A DNA stretch of 56,673 nt from a virus (taxonomy: Duplodnaviria; Caudoviricetes): IMG/VR virus record IMGVR_UViG_3300036794_000060, positions 1 to 56,673 of that record. One strand, 5' to 3'. A program made the translations under genes and the position numbers. The notes beneath the pieces were generated by a model. It was given only the letters and a program-made list of their open reading frames with translations. It searched no databases and was not told the origin of the DNA. Shown here one piece after another: positions 20,578-32,207 of this stretch. How positions within the stretch are numbered: the stretch's first letter is position 1; the number at the start of each line of letters is the position of its first letter.

Positions 20578-21950
20578 GTCGGATTCTTTAACAGTCCCCG
20601 CTACAGGGAGGGACCGTCGTGACCAGGTGGTCGGAATCCGGGGGAGACCGGGGGATTTGCGATCCGGTCTCCGTTTTGCACTGTACACCGAGAGGATGCA
20701 TCATGGCTAATCCGGAAGACCCGGAACCGACGGATGAGGAGATCGACGCATTGATGGACGACACCTACGATACGGCTGCTTCGGATGTTACGGATGTAAA
20801 CACCATTGGGGAGTGTTCTTCCGGGTCGGAGCGTCAACGATTCCTTGACAACCTGGATATGGCTGAGAAACTTCTCATCAAATTCTGGGAAGCGCGCCGC
20901 GGACCAGCAAAGTTCAGCGACCAAGGAGGCTTCCGGCAGAACATGAGCGCCGTCTACCTCACCGCAGAGGAGAAAAGTTTCCTGCTGAGGTGGCGGCGTG
21001 GATGAGGATGTTCTCGCGGCGGAACTATGGAACAGGCTCCCCGTCGACCACCGGCTCCTCGCCGACGACGAGCTGGCCATGGCGGCTCTGTTCATCACCA
21101 ACGGCATCGCAAAACTGGAAGGTGACATACTGCGACCCGCCACCTTTGACGAACAACACCAACACCAGGTCGAGATGAAGGAACGAGGATGAGTGGACTC
21201 AAACTCGACTATCCAACTTCGTCGGTCAGCATCCCGGTCGAGTCGACCAGACCGAGCGACGAATCCGCAACCATCGGAGTGACCGCCGTCATCAACGACG
21301 ACATAGCGCTCGCGGTGGTGAATCTTGAATTCCTCGGCGGCCGCGGCGGAGTCCGCAACGAAGGGTTCTACCTCACCCGTGAGAAGGCGCGCCGGCTTGC
21401 TGCGGCGCTCCTGGATATCGTCGGAGAAGCACATGATGACCAACCCTGAGACTCCGAGCTTGAGTCTTTCCCCGGGGAATCTAGCGAAAGCGGAGAAAAT
21501 CATCGCTCACGACGACCCGGAAATCATCACCGCCATCAACAACGGACACATGACCCTAGACCAAGGAGTCGAGCTGGTCGACATGGCCAACGAACCCACC
21601 GTCGAGTCCATCCTGGCGAAATTTGTGGACGCCATGCAGGGACCCACCTGTGTCACCACCCGGGGGATGGTGCGGCTGGCGATGGGGGATGCTTTTTTGA
21701 CCCCGGAGGAGCATGAGTTCCTCATGGCAGGGGAGTGGAGGATGAGCTGGCTCGAAGAGGTACTCCGAGAGCTCGCCATGCAGGAAATCCGGGAGAAACT
21801 CGTCCCCATGTCCGACGACGAACTGTCTGAAGCCGCCAGCGTGTGTCTACAGTCCCTCGCTGAGTGCAAAGACGCTGATGATCGACATGGGTACGCGAGA
21901 ACCTTGGCGATCTTCGACGAGATCAGAGCCGAACACCACCGGAGGAACTC

Positions 21951-22319
21951 ATGAGCAACAAACCCAAACTCTCCCCGGCGGAAAAAATGTTCGGCCGATG
22001 GATGCGCCACCACCGGGAAAGCCTCGGCCTCACCCAGACCGAGCTCGCCGCGCGACTAGGCGTCCACTACACAGCAATCAGCAATATGGAGACAGGTTTA
22101 CGTTCGATCCGGCTCGGCGACGCCGCGAAAATCGTCAGCGTCCTCGGCGAGTCGATCGACAGCATGGTCGTCGGATACCTGCCGAACCTCGAAGATGAGC
22201 TCGCGGAAGCTCAGGAGAAGCTCGAAGGCGTTGATCTACGTCTTGATCATCTACAGAAGGAGAAAGTTGACTTGAAGGACACGATCGCGCGGCTACGTGA
22301 ACGACTGGCCGATGAGTGA
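21951..22319 (+). CDS. XRE-family HTH regulator with coiled-coil C-terminus
   Basis: RESLGLTQTELAARLGVHYTAISNMETG. Confidence 0.9.
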   Translation: MSNKPKLSPAEKMFGRWMRHHRESLGLTQTELAARLGVHYTAISNMETGLRSIRLGDAAKIVSVLGESIDSMVVGYLPNLEDELAEAQEKLEGVDLRLDHLQKEKVDLKDTIARLRERLADE

Positions 22320-25150
22320 GCTCAACGACGCCGCCGAAGGTGTCGCCAACTCGTTCGACATATGGCTCGAAGACAACCGCATCACCGTCAAAAACGCCAT
22401 GGAACACGCCATCCACAAAGCGTTCGCCGAATGGCTCGAAGCCAACACAGAAACGTTGATCGACCGGATCGGGTTGAAACGGCGGACACAAACCATAGTC
22501 GTCAAGGACGACCTGATATGAATGTGGCGATCGATATCATCTTAGCGTTGGTCCTGGTGGTCCTCGCCGGTTGCTTCTACGCGATGGCCGGACTTCCCAT
22601 GCCATTCTCCGCCGGTAAAAGAGAGAAAGGTGAACCGATCTGCGGCCACCCGTTCGAGCTGACGTGGAGACTCAACCCGAAGCCGGACACGTGGAGGTGT
22701 CCGAAGTGTTTCACTCTGTTCGAAGTGAGGGATGGACGTTGGCGGATGGTGAAATGACCCTGTCGTTCTACTCGATCAAGGAAGACGGAGTCGTGTACAT
22801 GCTGGAATGCCAGGAACAGAACTGTGATCTTCACATCGAAGCGAAAAACCCGCATCAGTTGTTCACTACCATCAGCATGCATCTGGCCAACGCCGACTCT
22901 GATTTTCACATCATCGAGGTGAGCGTGAAGTGACTCTCCGTAACCGCGTTCCGCGGCGGGGAAGAAGGAAACCCCCCATCGACCTCATCCGCGGCGACAT
23001 AATTGAAACCTGGATTTGCTTTCAGGTCCACATCAGCGGACGCATCGAGACCCGGGACTACGTCACCCAAATCAACGGACGGACAGTAGCCAGATGTGAG
23101 CTCACCCGCCAGGACGATGACCGGCGCGCCTGGGAACAACACTGGCGCACCCGCCGCCAACTACGACACAAGAGGAGAACAAGTGACTGACGGACCTAAA
23201 CCTTCCCCGGCGGGAAAGCGCTGGTTGTGGCTGTGGCTAGGACCAGATTTCGAGGTGTACGCGCAAGATTCGAGAGGTGAGCGGTTCTGGCGATTGGATC
23301 ATTCGACGCGAGTTTCAGAACTGCCGGACGGTTCTGAGCCGCTGGTGGTGCTGAACAAGACCGTGAAGTGGAGCGCTTGGTGGGAGAACGGGGAGAACGA
23401 TGGTTCTCCCAGCGATAAAACTTCTGAAAAAACTTGCTTACCCGCCGGTGGAGACATGCCACCCCCGGAGACACCACCACAGGTCGACGACGTGAAACAC
23501 GACGAGAAAGGTTAGGTTTCAGTGAACGGTCCGGAACACTACAAACTGGCGGAAGACATACTCTCCGACGTGCGAAACGCCGCACCAGGACAGTCTTTCG
23601 CGGCGCTCACTCACGCACTGGTCCATGCTGTTCTCGCGGTGGCGGCGGCGGTTGCTCCCAACGGCGGCTACTTCAACTGGGACGAAGTCACTCTCTCCCC
23701 GGAGCCACCCCCTTACTCGGCGCCGGGGGAGAAATGACTCAACGTCACTACATCGCGTTGGTCGGCAGCGCACACGCCTGCATCAGCGTCGAAGAGGACG
23801 CGGTAGGCGTACCAGAATGGAAACCGGTCACCGGAGACGGACCCACCTACTATCAGGTGTCGCAGGAGATCGCTGAGGAATGGGTTGCGGAAGAATGGGA
23901 AGAATGACTTGGCGGTGGCGCAGATGGTACTGGCGTCACCGATCAGAGAAAGCGGTACGCCGACGCATCACACGACAGGAACTGAGGTGGTCCGGGAAAC
24001 ATTTGAGCGACGAAGAACTCGACGAACTCGTCCGTGGCATACGCAGGGAACCTTGGATGACCGAAGAAAAGTGTCCCCAGGGATGGTGTTGCCGGTGCGC
24101 CGACTACGACAATCAGTGTTGCAAGTGCGGCGCGATCTTCCCGGAGGAAGAATGATTCGTGTACAGATCGTCCTCATCAAAGTCAACCAAGACCCTATCT
24201 CTCAGGTCCGCCGCATGCAACAGGTTCCGGCCGTGGGGGAGTATGTCACTCTTCCCGGGGAAAGTACGTATCGGGTGATGAGCGTGGAGTGGGTGATCTC
24301 GGAAGACCGCGACCCTGATGTGACGGTCGAGATCGGCTAACCGGAGACTGGGATGGTGGCCAACTACCATTTTTGGGACAGGAGTAAACAGAAGTGACAG
24401 ATCACGAGGAAAACTGCGGATGCGACGACTGCGAGGACAAACAAGACACTTTAGATCAGGATCGCTGGTGGGAAGACTTTCCCGAGGGAAGTGTTGTCTT
24501 TATCAATCCTCAGATGTGGCGGGGGTGACAGGAGTGATTTCCCGGGAAAATCCCCCGAAAAAACATCAACCCGGACAACCCTACGAACGTCGCATCAACG
24601 GGAAACGCAACGGGGAACCCACAGAACTCGTCATGTGGCAAGTCGACTGTTCCTGCGGATACACCACAGCTCCGCACCCGTGGAAAAAGACGGCTTTACG
24701 AGCCGCTGAACGCCACATAGACGAACAAACCCTCCCCCCAAGAGTGTATGAGGCGGAACGCCGCCGTGAGGACCGCTACACGGGGAGTCTGGCGTGTCCC
24801 GCTCACATCCCGTGCGGACATTCTTTGGTGGATCACAGCGACGGCAGATGGCGAGACGACGGAACCCCCGTCAACCCCAGATGTACCAGATGCGACTGTC
24901 CGGGACGGTGACGCGACCGAACGGACCCTAAAATCGGCGACATTTGTCCCATAGACACAGCTCACGGGGTGTGGCAGGCTTCCCCACGAACCGCCTAGAG
25001 GGGGTTCCGGACCGGGAGATGCGGTCCCGAGGAGCGGCGGGGTGCCGTGACGATCCAGGATGGTCTCCAGGTACGCGGAAGGCGTGTCCTGTCCCCGTCT
25101 TCTAGACCGGCAGGGACCATCACCTCTCTCGGGGTGGTCCCTGCCGGGAC

Positions 25151-25174
25151 GTCCGACGACAAGCATGGTACACT
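25151..25174 (+). promoter_or_regulatory. Promoter for a leaderless transcript
   Basis: GTCCGACG-N8-GG-TACACT followed by 6 nt and the ATG at 25181. Confidence 0.6.
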
Positions 25175-25180
25175 CTCGGG

Positions 25181-25618
25181 ATGGCCAACTGGACCCTCAA
25201 CACCCGCTACGGACGACTCACCGTCCTCGACCCCAACCAACAAGGCGACAAAGTAGAAGTCTACTGCGACTGCGGAACCATAAAAACCGTGTGGCGCAAC
25301 CACCTCACATCCGGACAAACCCAATCCTGCGGCTGCCTACGAGACGACATCCTCAAATCCGCCAGCTGGACAAAACAACGACCCAAAGCCACCACCCAAC
25401 GCGACGGCGACCCCGAAATCGGCGACATCTTCGGACGACTCACCGTCACCGGAACACCCCAACCCGGCCACGACCGAACCATCCAATGCCTCTGCACCTG
25501 CGGAAACCAAGTCAACGTCACCATCAAAAACCTCAAAAACCACAAAACATTCTCCTGCGGCTGCTACCGCAAAGAAGGCGCCGGCAAACTCCACACCAAG
25601 AAAAAACCACCCCACTAA
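25181..25618 (+). CDS. Protein with two GRLTV...CxCG...SCGC repeats (domain found in phage HNH/AP2 endonucleases)
   Basis: YGRLTV..CDCG..HLTSGQTQSCGC and FGRLTV..CTCG..NLKNHKTFSCGC; no nuclease domain visible. Confidence 0.8.
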   Translation: MANWTLNTRYGRLTVLDPNQQGDKVEVYCDCGTIKTVWRNHLTSGQTQSCGCLRDDILKSASWTKQRPKATTQRDGDPEIGDIFGRLTVTGTPQPGHDRTIQCLCTCGNQVNVTIKNLKNHKTFSCGCYRKEGAGKLHTKKKPPH

Positions 25619-25654
25619 AAGAATTTGACAGCACACACATTAGCTTGACGATGT

Positions 25655-26002
25655 GTGCGATACACCTGCAAAACATGTAAACGGCCTGACGCGACCGCTA
25701 AGCCTCAACGACCCTGTCCCCAATGTGAGAGAGCGGCCAAGGCTCGCCAGAAGCTCTACGACCAAATGGCGGCCAAACAGAGGCATCTCTGCGCCATCTG
25801 CGGCAAGACCAACCCTGGCAGTCGTCGACTCCACATCGACCACTGCCACACAACCAACAAGACCCGAGACCTCCTATGCGGCAACTGCAACCGCGGACTC
25901 GGATACGCCAAAGACAACCCCAACACCCTCCGAGCAGCAGCCTGCTACCTCAGAAAACACAGGACTGCCGCTACGCTCACGACAAATCCTCAAGTGGCGT
26001 GA
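25655..26002 (+). CDS. Endonuclease VII-family protein
   Basis: CAICG...LHIDHCHTT...LLCGNCNRGLG. Confidence 0.85.
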   Translation: MRYTCKTCKRPDATAKPQRPCPQCERAAKARQKLYDQMAAKQRHLCAICGKTNPGSRRLHIDHCHTTNKTRDLLCGNCNRGLGYAKDNPNTLRAAACYLRKHRTAATLTTNPQVA

Positions 26003-26540
26003 ACAAGGAGACTCTTACGGCACCATCGCCAAACGCCTCGACATCAGCCGCCAACGCGCCACCCAACTCTGGGAACAAGCGCAAACCGCTGAACCAGCCA
26101 GGTGCCGATGCGGCGCCACCATCCCCCTCAACACCAAGGGAGGACGACCAAAAACCTACTGCCGACCCGAACACCGACCCAGCCAAAAAACAACACCACC
26201 CAAGCGATGTTCATGCGGAACAGCACTCACCGACCGACGCAAAAACTACTGCGGACCCGAACACGCACCACTACGACAGCACGCCAAACGCACAGGACTA
26301 TCCAAACAACAGTACAATCAGATGGCCGAACACCAAAACAACCTCTGCGCCATCTGCCAGCAACCCGAAACCGCGACTCTCAACGGGAAAATTAAACGCC
26401 TAGCCGTCGACCACAACCACACCACAAACCAAACCAGAGAACTACTCTGCAACAACTGCAACAGCATGCTAGGCTACTACAACGACAACCCAGAACTACT
26501 CGAAAAAGCCGCCAACTACCTCGAAAAACACGCCGTCTAG
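25965..26540 (+). CDS. HTH + Zn-knuckle + endonuclease VII domain (start uncertain)
   Basis: SYGTIAKRLDISRQRATQL HTH; CAICQQ...LAVDHNHTT...LLCNNCNSMLG. Confidence 0.75.
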   Translation: MPLRSRQILKWREQGDSYGTIAKRLDISRQRATQLWEQAQTAEPARCRCGATIPLNTKGGRPKTYCRPEHRPSQKTTPPKRCSCGTALTDRRKNYCGPEHAPLRQHAKRTGLSKQQYNQMAEHQNNLCAICQQPETATLNGKIKRLAVDHNHTTNQTRELLCNNCNSMLGYYNDNPELLEKAANYLEKHAV

Positions 26541-26629
26541 ACAAATTTTGAAACGTACGCCTACACCAAAAAATACGGACAATCCGTAACCCTTGCCCTG
26601 TTATATCGTATATCTGATCATGAGGGGGG

Positions 26630-26668
26630 ATCGTTTCGTTAGCTAACGACATCGTTTCGTTAGCTAAC
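26630..26668. repeat. 18-bp direct repeat x2 containing palindrome GTTAGCTAAC
   Basis: ATCGTTTCGTTAGCTAAC at 26630 and 26651. Confidence 0.9.
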
Positions 26669-26776
26669 CGAATGGGTAGGGTAGCCTAACCCATCACCCG
26701 TTCAGAGCAGTTCACCCACATGGGGTAACCCGTTCGGCCTAACCCGAAGTTCACCCGATCGGACTAGCATTCGATC

Positions 26777-26804
26777 TTGCTTCCGACGTCTGGCGTGGTA
26801 GACT
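26777..26804 (+). promoter_or_regulatory. Conserved phage promoter copy
   Basis: TCCGACGTCTGGCGTGG-TAGACT; near-identical to copies at 32266 and 36422. Confidence 0.75.
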
Positions 26805-26810
26805 TGACCT

Positions 26811-27222
26811 AGATCGGAAAGAGGGCAAGGGCCGCGGGGGCCGCGCGGGACGCGCGCGGTGAGCGGCATGATCCACAGTCGACGGATGATCAAGGAGGTC
26901 ATCCACAAGATCAACCTCACGGTCCTTTTGGACCGGCGACTCCAGAAAGGCCGCGAGGCACTGACGGAGTTGATCTACGCCCAAGTAATGGGTCCTTGAT
27001 CATCGGGAGATGATCTTGGATCGTCGGAACCCGCGACCCCGCGTGGTAACGGCAGCCGGAGAGGTCGGACCGGTTGCAGGTCCCGTGTAAAGATCATCGG
27101 CGATTGCGCCGCTGAGAGTCCGGTCCAGCCAGAAAGCGTAGATCATCTTCGGGGATCAGTGTTGAGCCGCAAACTCGTTGGAGTCGAGATCAAGATCATC
27201 AAGAATTTGAGGTTTGATGATC
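26811..27222 (+). ncRNA. Candidate large structured ncRNA or 5' leader
   Basis: No credible ORF; follows a promoter; nested long-range helices 26910-19/27208-18, 26937-44/27179-86, 26958-64/27156-62, 26971-80/27136-45, 27067-73/27120-26. Confidence 0.6.
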
Positions 27223-27288
27223 ATGATCATGAACCGACATCATTTCCTCGGCCCTCATGATCATCGGTCATGTACCCCAGAAAGGAAG

Positions 27289-27540
27289 ATGATCATGTTC
27301 GACGCACGAAAGTCATTCCTCACTCAATCCCGCGAGCAAGCAATCACCCGCCTCGCCGAAGCTCTAATCCAGCGCGACACGCTCAATGCGGCGTGCCTAG
27401 ACAATTGGGACGCTGACGACCCTACGCCGTTCTACGCGGCTGTCAGGGGTTCGGAAGCCGTAGTTACGGCATGCGCACGCATCGTAGTCCAGCGCAGCAA
27501 CGAACTCGCCGCACACACGATGTTTCAGCAACTCGTTTGA
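27289..27540 (+). CDS. Hypothetical protein
   Basis: GAAAGGAAG RBS; MIMFDARKSF... Confidence 0.65.
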   Translation: MIMFDARKSFLTQSREQAITRLAEALIQRDTLNAACLDNWDADDPTPFYAAVRGSEAVVTACARIVVQRSNELAAHTMFQQLV

Positions 27541-27799
27541 TCATGTGCGGCAACGATCGTATACGCACAACATCAACAACCGTCGCCAAGTGCGACGTTT
27601 CCGCAGGTGGCACCCAAACGATCATGTGCGCGAACCTATGCGCATCGGCTATCCGTGCGCATCACTAACACACCCAATAGCGCACATGATCACCACATAA
27701 CCGCAGGTCACAGCACTACACGCCTACGCGCGTGCGAGGCACTTGGATGTATGTTTCGTCGTTTCCGGCACGGTCGTTCTGAGAATGGAGATGTTTGTT

Positions 27800-30700
27800 A
27801 TGACTGCACCGTTTGCTGCGCCTGAGCCGTTTGCTGCTGATTTGTTGGCTGAGATGCGTGGTTGGATTAGTGATTGTGTGTGGGGTGATTTGACGCCTTC
27901 GCAGATTAAGCGTATGTCTACGGCGCGGGTGGTTGATGGTGTTAGGCGGCATTATTCGGGTGGGGTGAGTCAGTTTGTGTCGGACTTTTACCAGTTTGGC
28001 CCGGAACCGTATTACCAGTGATTCGGTAGGTAGGTGAGCGCGTGTTCGTTGGTTTGAGCGCGCGTTGACTGGTTTACCGGATGGCAGTCAGAGAAAGGTC
28101 ATACGATGTATGCAGTGAAGATGATCACGGTCAAGCAGGATCGGTTTATTCGTTCGTTGCTCGATGGCAGGGTGGTTTCTCCGGCTGTTCGTTTGTGGAT
28201 TGAGCGGCGGATCACGGACATGTCGTCTAGGGACGCCAGTAAGGCGATAGGGGTCCTGTTGGCTTGTCCGGTGGTTGAGGTACCGACCACCCCCGATACG
28301 GCTGTCAGCGTGGCTGTCAGTCCCGGGAGTGAGGTTATCGAGCCCGGTATCTACGAACGGGATGGTTCGGTGTATCAGGTGGTTCGGTCTAAGACGTCTG
28401 GTTTTTTGTACGGGAAGGTGCTGACGCCTACCGGGTCGACTCGTTTGACTGAGGCGGGTACGGTGATTGACGCGAAATACGAGTATTTTGGTGTCGTTCC
28501 GTTCCTGCGTGCTGCGGATAGGGTGTCTGCTGAGCGTGCGCAGGAATTGTCCACTGTCCACGGTTATTGTGTGGTTTGTGGTCGCCGTTTGGACGCTGGC
28601 GATAGTGTTGCGGCCGGTATTGGTCCGGTATGCGCCGGTAAGGTTTAGCTCGCGGAATGGTCGTCAGGCTGACCCACCCGTTAGGGGTGGGTCGCCGAAT
28701 GGTTTTTCCGAGAGAAAAGAGAAAGACAATGACGGATGAACAGTTCATCGAAAAGTTGTATGCAGAGACACGCGCATTGACCGCGGGTGTCGACACCCGT
28801 AAAGGTGAATCGGTGGACACGTCACAGCTACGAGAGGGTGACTTGATTCTCAACTACCATACGGTGGAATGATCCACGGGGACACCGTGACGGGTGAATG
28901 GGATATCGCGTTCCCGAACATTCGTTCCGCGGCTAGCTTCGCTGATGTCATGCTGGCGGATGACGAATTCGCGTATCCGTTTCTCATCTCGGCGAAACTA
29001 CGCGACCCGGTCACCGATCTGAACCATTGGTGTGTGTTGACGGTTGTGTTGAACCCGCTTGCCGCTAATTTGAAACCTGTTATCTGACGCGCAAACGACG
29101 CTACCGCTAGTCGGTAGCGTCTGGTGAGTGCCAGACACAAGGGAAGGATCACCATGATTACGCAATTCACCTACACCCTACCTCCGGAGAAATTGCGGGT
29201 AGGGGACATGTTCGTCAGTGATCATTCGATCATCACCGAGGTTTGGCATGATCCCGAGGGTGTATGGGTAGATACGGATAACTTCGATTCCGGTTACCTA
29301 ATGGGTAAATCGTATCGGGTTATCCGCGAATTCATCGATTAGTCCGGTTGACTACGGGGGTTGACATCCAATTGGGATGTTTTCCTCCGCGGCTTACCGG
29401 CCGAACCGAGAGAGGATAGGGACAATGGGTTACAGCGACGTTGACGCTGGTGAAGTCGTCGGCACTGACATTGTTGACGTTACCGCGCGTGGTGGGAGTC
29501 GTCGGCAGCGTGGTTCGGCGATTGCCGCGTACGTTCGGACGCATCCGCAGCTCGAACGGGTACATATCAGCTACAGCGAGACTTACGGATTCCAGACTGC
29601 CACCTACGCGCGTTATCGCAAGGTGTGACTGTTTGTGTGGTGAATGTCCTAGCTTCCCCCGAAAAATTGGAGGCTAGGTACTTGACGACACAAGGAGGAG
29701 AAAGTGAACGTATCGAGTATCGCCGCTCAGATCATCGTCAAGGCTAAAGAACGTCAGGCTGAGCGGGTGGAACAGGAGGAGACGAACGGACCGTACGACT
29801 GGTCTAATATGGACTCTCTCCGCGAATACATCGCCGTACTCAAATCTGCCGTGTTCACCGAATCAGTGAACACTGTATACGTGACCGTCGCCGATACGTG
29901 GCACGGTCGTTTGTGGAGCTGGTCTGGCGCGGAAATGTTGGATGTTGCGTCCCAAGGTTTCAACCTACCGGAGACGGTACGTATTGAGGAGTGCTCACCG
30001 ACTACTCACGCGCTTGTGTGGTGACTGTTTGTGTGTGGTGAACCTCTGATATCCCCCGCGAAAAATTGTGGGGGATATCAGGGATTGAACACACAGAAAT
30101 CGAGGAAGGAATGAGTGGTTTACGCGTTCAACGTAAATGCCGTGAGACCGGTCATCTAGTTGGCCTCTATGACGGTATCACCGAGGGTATGGATATCGAC
30201 GCTGGTCGCTGGCAGACGGTCTGCGAGGAACACGGCTGGATAATCTCGCATGAGAAATATTCGACCGCGTTATCGTGGCTGTCACATCCGCTAGAATGGT
30301 GTGACGAGTGTCAACGGGAGAAAGGTTTACTTGAATGGACGTAGTTATAGGTTACAGTCCATTTGCTGACGTATCTGTTGTATTGGGTCCGTTTCGTTCG
30401 CCGGAGACAACTTTAGCGGCAACGGAACATTTACAACACTGCGGATACGCGACGGAAGTATGTCCCCTGCTGAGAATAGAGGATGTAGTACCAATCACCG
30501 GCGCCGAGGATGACGACTGACCGTTAGGTGTACTGCGGCCACTCAACTAGTGTGAGTGGTTAGCGGTAACCGAACGACCAACACAGAAAGAGAGAGTCAT
30601 GATGACAATCGTAAAACTCACCGCGGACGACGCTGGATGCTACGTTGACGGACACTTGGGACAGTACGGGGTGGCGCACATGGTTCAGCGCGCGGAATGG

Positions 30701-32207
30701 TGGGGATATTCCGACGCGGAGGTTATCGCGCTCGCCGATAAGCATCTGGCCAGCATGGGAGCATCCGACAGTGAGGAGTTGACCACCGACGAATACTGGA
30801 CGTTGAACGATGCGTCCGATGATGTTGAGCAGTGGTTGAATGACAACGTCGCACCCGAAGGGTACTCATTCGGATGGTTCGAGGGTGAGTTCTTTCTGTG
30901 GTCCGATGAGCAGTGGCAGGAAGACTAAGTTTTTGTGTGGTGAATCTGAATTCCCCCGCGAAATTTTCGGGGGAATTCGGGTTGAAAACACAAAACAGGA
31001 GAGGACAAAAACAATGGAGCTCCACGGACGCATCGCGCAAGAATCCACCGATGGAACACTCACGTTCAAACTGTCCAGGTTTGAACGTATGTTGATTTGT
31101 GACCGGCTGACAAGGGAGCCTAGCTACACGCTCGGTTTGGTTGATCGTTGGTTGTACGATGTTGCCAACGACCACACTGTTACCGTGTCTATTGTGGTGG
31201 ATACTACGGCACCGCATGAATGCATTTATTGTCCGGCGGGTGCGCATCCAATCAATGAGAAATGTCCACGTTGAGTGTCGCTTGTATGGTCGCTGACTTA
31301 CCTCAGCGGCTGTACTGGATACACCCACAATTGGAGGAGCTGTGAAGCAGGTAGAGGGTATTACCGTCCGCACAAACCATGTCCCCCGCGATTTAATCGA
31401 CGGGTGGGAGCTGACCGAGAAAGAACGCAAGGAATACGATCACTACGACTGGTCGGCGATCGATGAGGGTTCCGCATCGGCGACGTTTTTCCGTTACCGC
31501 GGGTGGACGTACGATTTGGGTAATTTCGAGCGGTTCGAGAAAACCGGCGAGGGACTGTCACAGTATTGGGACGGTCACGCGGCCGATTCGGTGTGGTCCG
31601 CGACGCTTATCAAGCTAGTAGAAGCTGACTACAACGAAAAGCGCGTGATCGTTGGTCGCGCGTGGTGGTAGTCCGGTTTGAACCATGGCGACACTCACAA
31701 TGTGAGTGTCTGCCACGGCTAACCGGCCGAATAACCGAGGGAAGCTGAGGAGAAAATGAGCAAGCGACGCTGTAACCGAGTGAGTAAGCGTAAGCCACCA
31801 CTACACAAACCAATTCCGGCGCCGATTCCACGTAAGCCGTTTATCGCGCTCACGTGGCCAACCGTCGGTGGCCGGAAACCGTCACCGTTGGTCGCAATGA
31901 TGGCCGTGATCAATCACGGTTCGGAATGTGAGGAGTGTGGAGCGGAAACCGGGGGAACACATGTTAATTTGTGTGTGGCCGCCGATCCCGGTTACGCCGA
32001 GTGGATTGCGGGTGAGTCGTGACGGATGCGGCTAGGTGGCTGATGGATATCGGTAGGCCACGATATGAAGCTAAAGCTTTCTCCGAGTATTGTGGGGATA
32101 ATTTTCCCGGCGAAAACTATGTGTACTGTCTCGACCAGTGGACGTGGGACCCCCGTAAGCCTGCCTACATGGCTCGCTACGCACCTGAAACGGTGGATGT
32201 GTACTAG
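27800..32207 (+). other. Array of small hypothetical genes with strong RBSs, mostly separated by long hairpins
   Basis: ORFs 27800-28021, 28729-28872, 28869-29087, 29154-29342, 29425-29628, 29704-30024, 30111-30344, 30335-30520, 30599-30928, 31014-31274, 31342-31671, 31756-32022, 32019-32207. Confidence 0.7.
28106..28648 (+). CDS. DUF6011-like Zn-finger protein
   Basis: C-terminal CVVCGRRLDAGDSVAAGIGPVC. Confidence 0.8.
   Translation: MYAVKMITVKQDRFIRSLLDGRVVSPAVRLWIERRITDMSSRDASKAIGVLLACPVVEVPTTPDTAVSVAVSPGSEVIEPGIYERDGSVYQVVRSKTSGFLYGKVLTPTGSTRLTEAGTVIDAKYEYFGVVPFLRAADRVSAERAQELSTVHGYCVVCGRRLDAGDSVAAGIGPVCAGKV

Larger units (their letters stand above)
20027..24911 (+). other. Run of about 20 short, tightly coupled hypothetical phage genes
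   Basis: Successive ORFs with ATGA/GTGA overlaps and RBSs (e.g. 20027-20242, 20235-20444, 21189-21449, 21433-21954, 22312-22521, 22518-22757, 22754-22933, 23522-23737, 24152-24340); several carry CxxC pairs. Confidence 0.65.

Noticed and set aside
25653-25964. N-terminal ~100 aa of ORF 25653..26540
   Set aside because: Overlaps the EndoVII gene in another frame and reads as a low-complexity shadow
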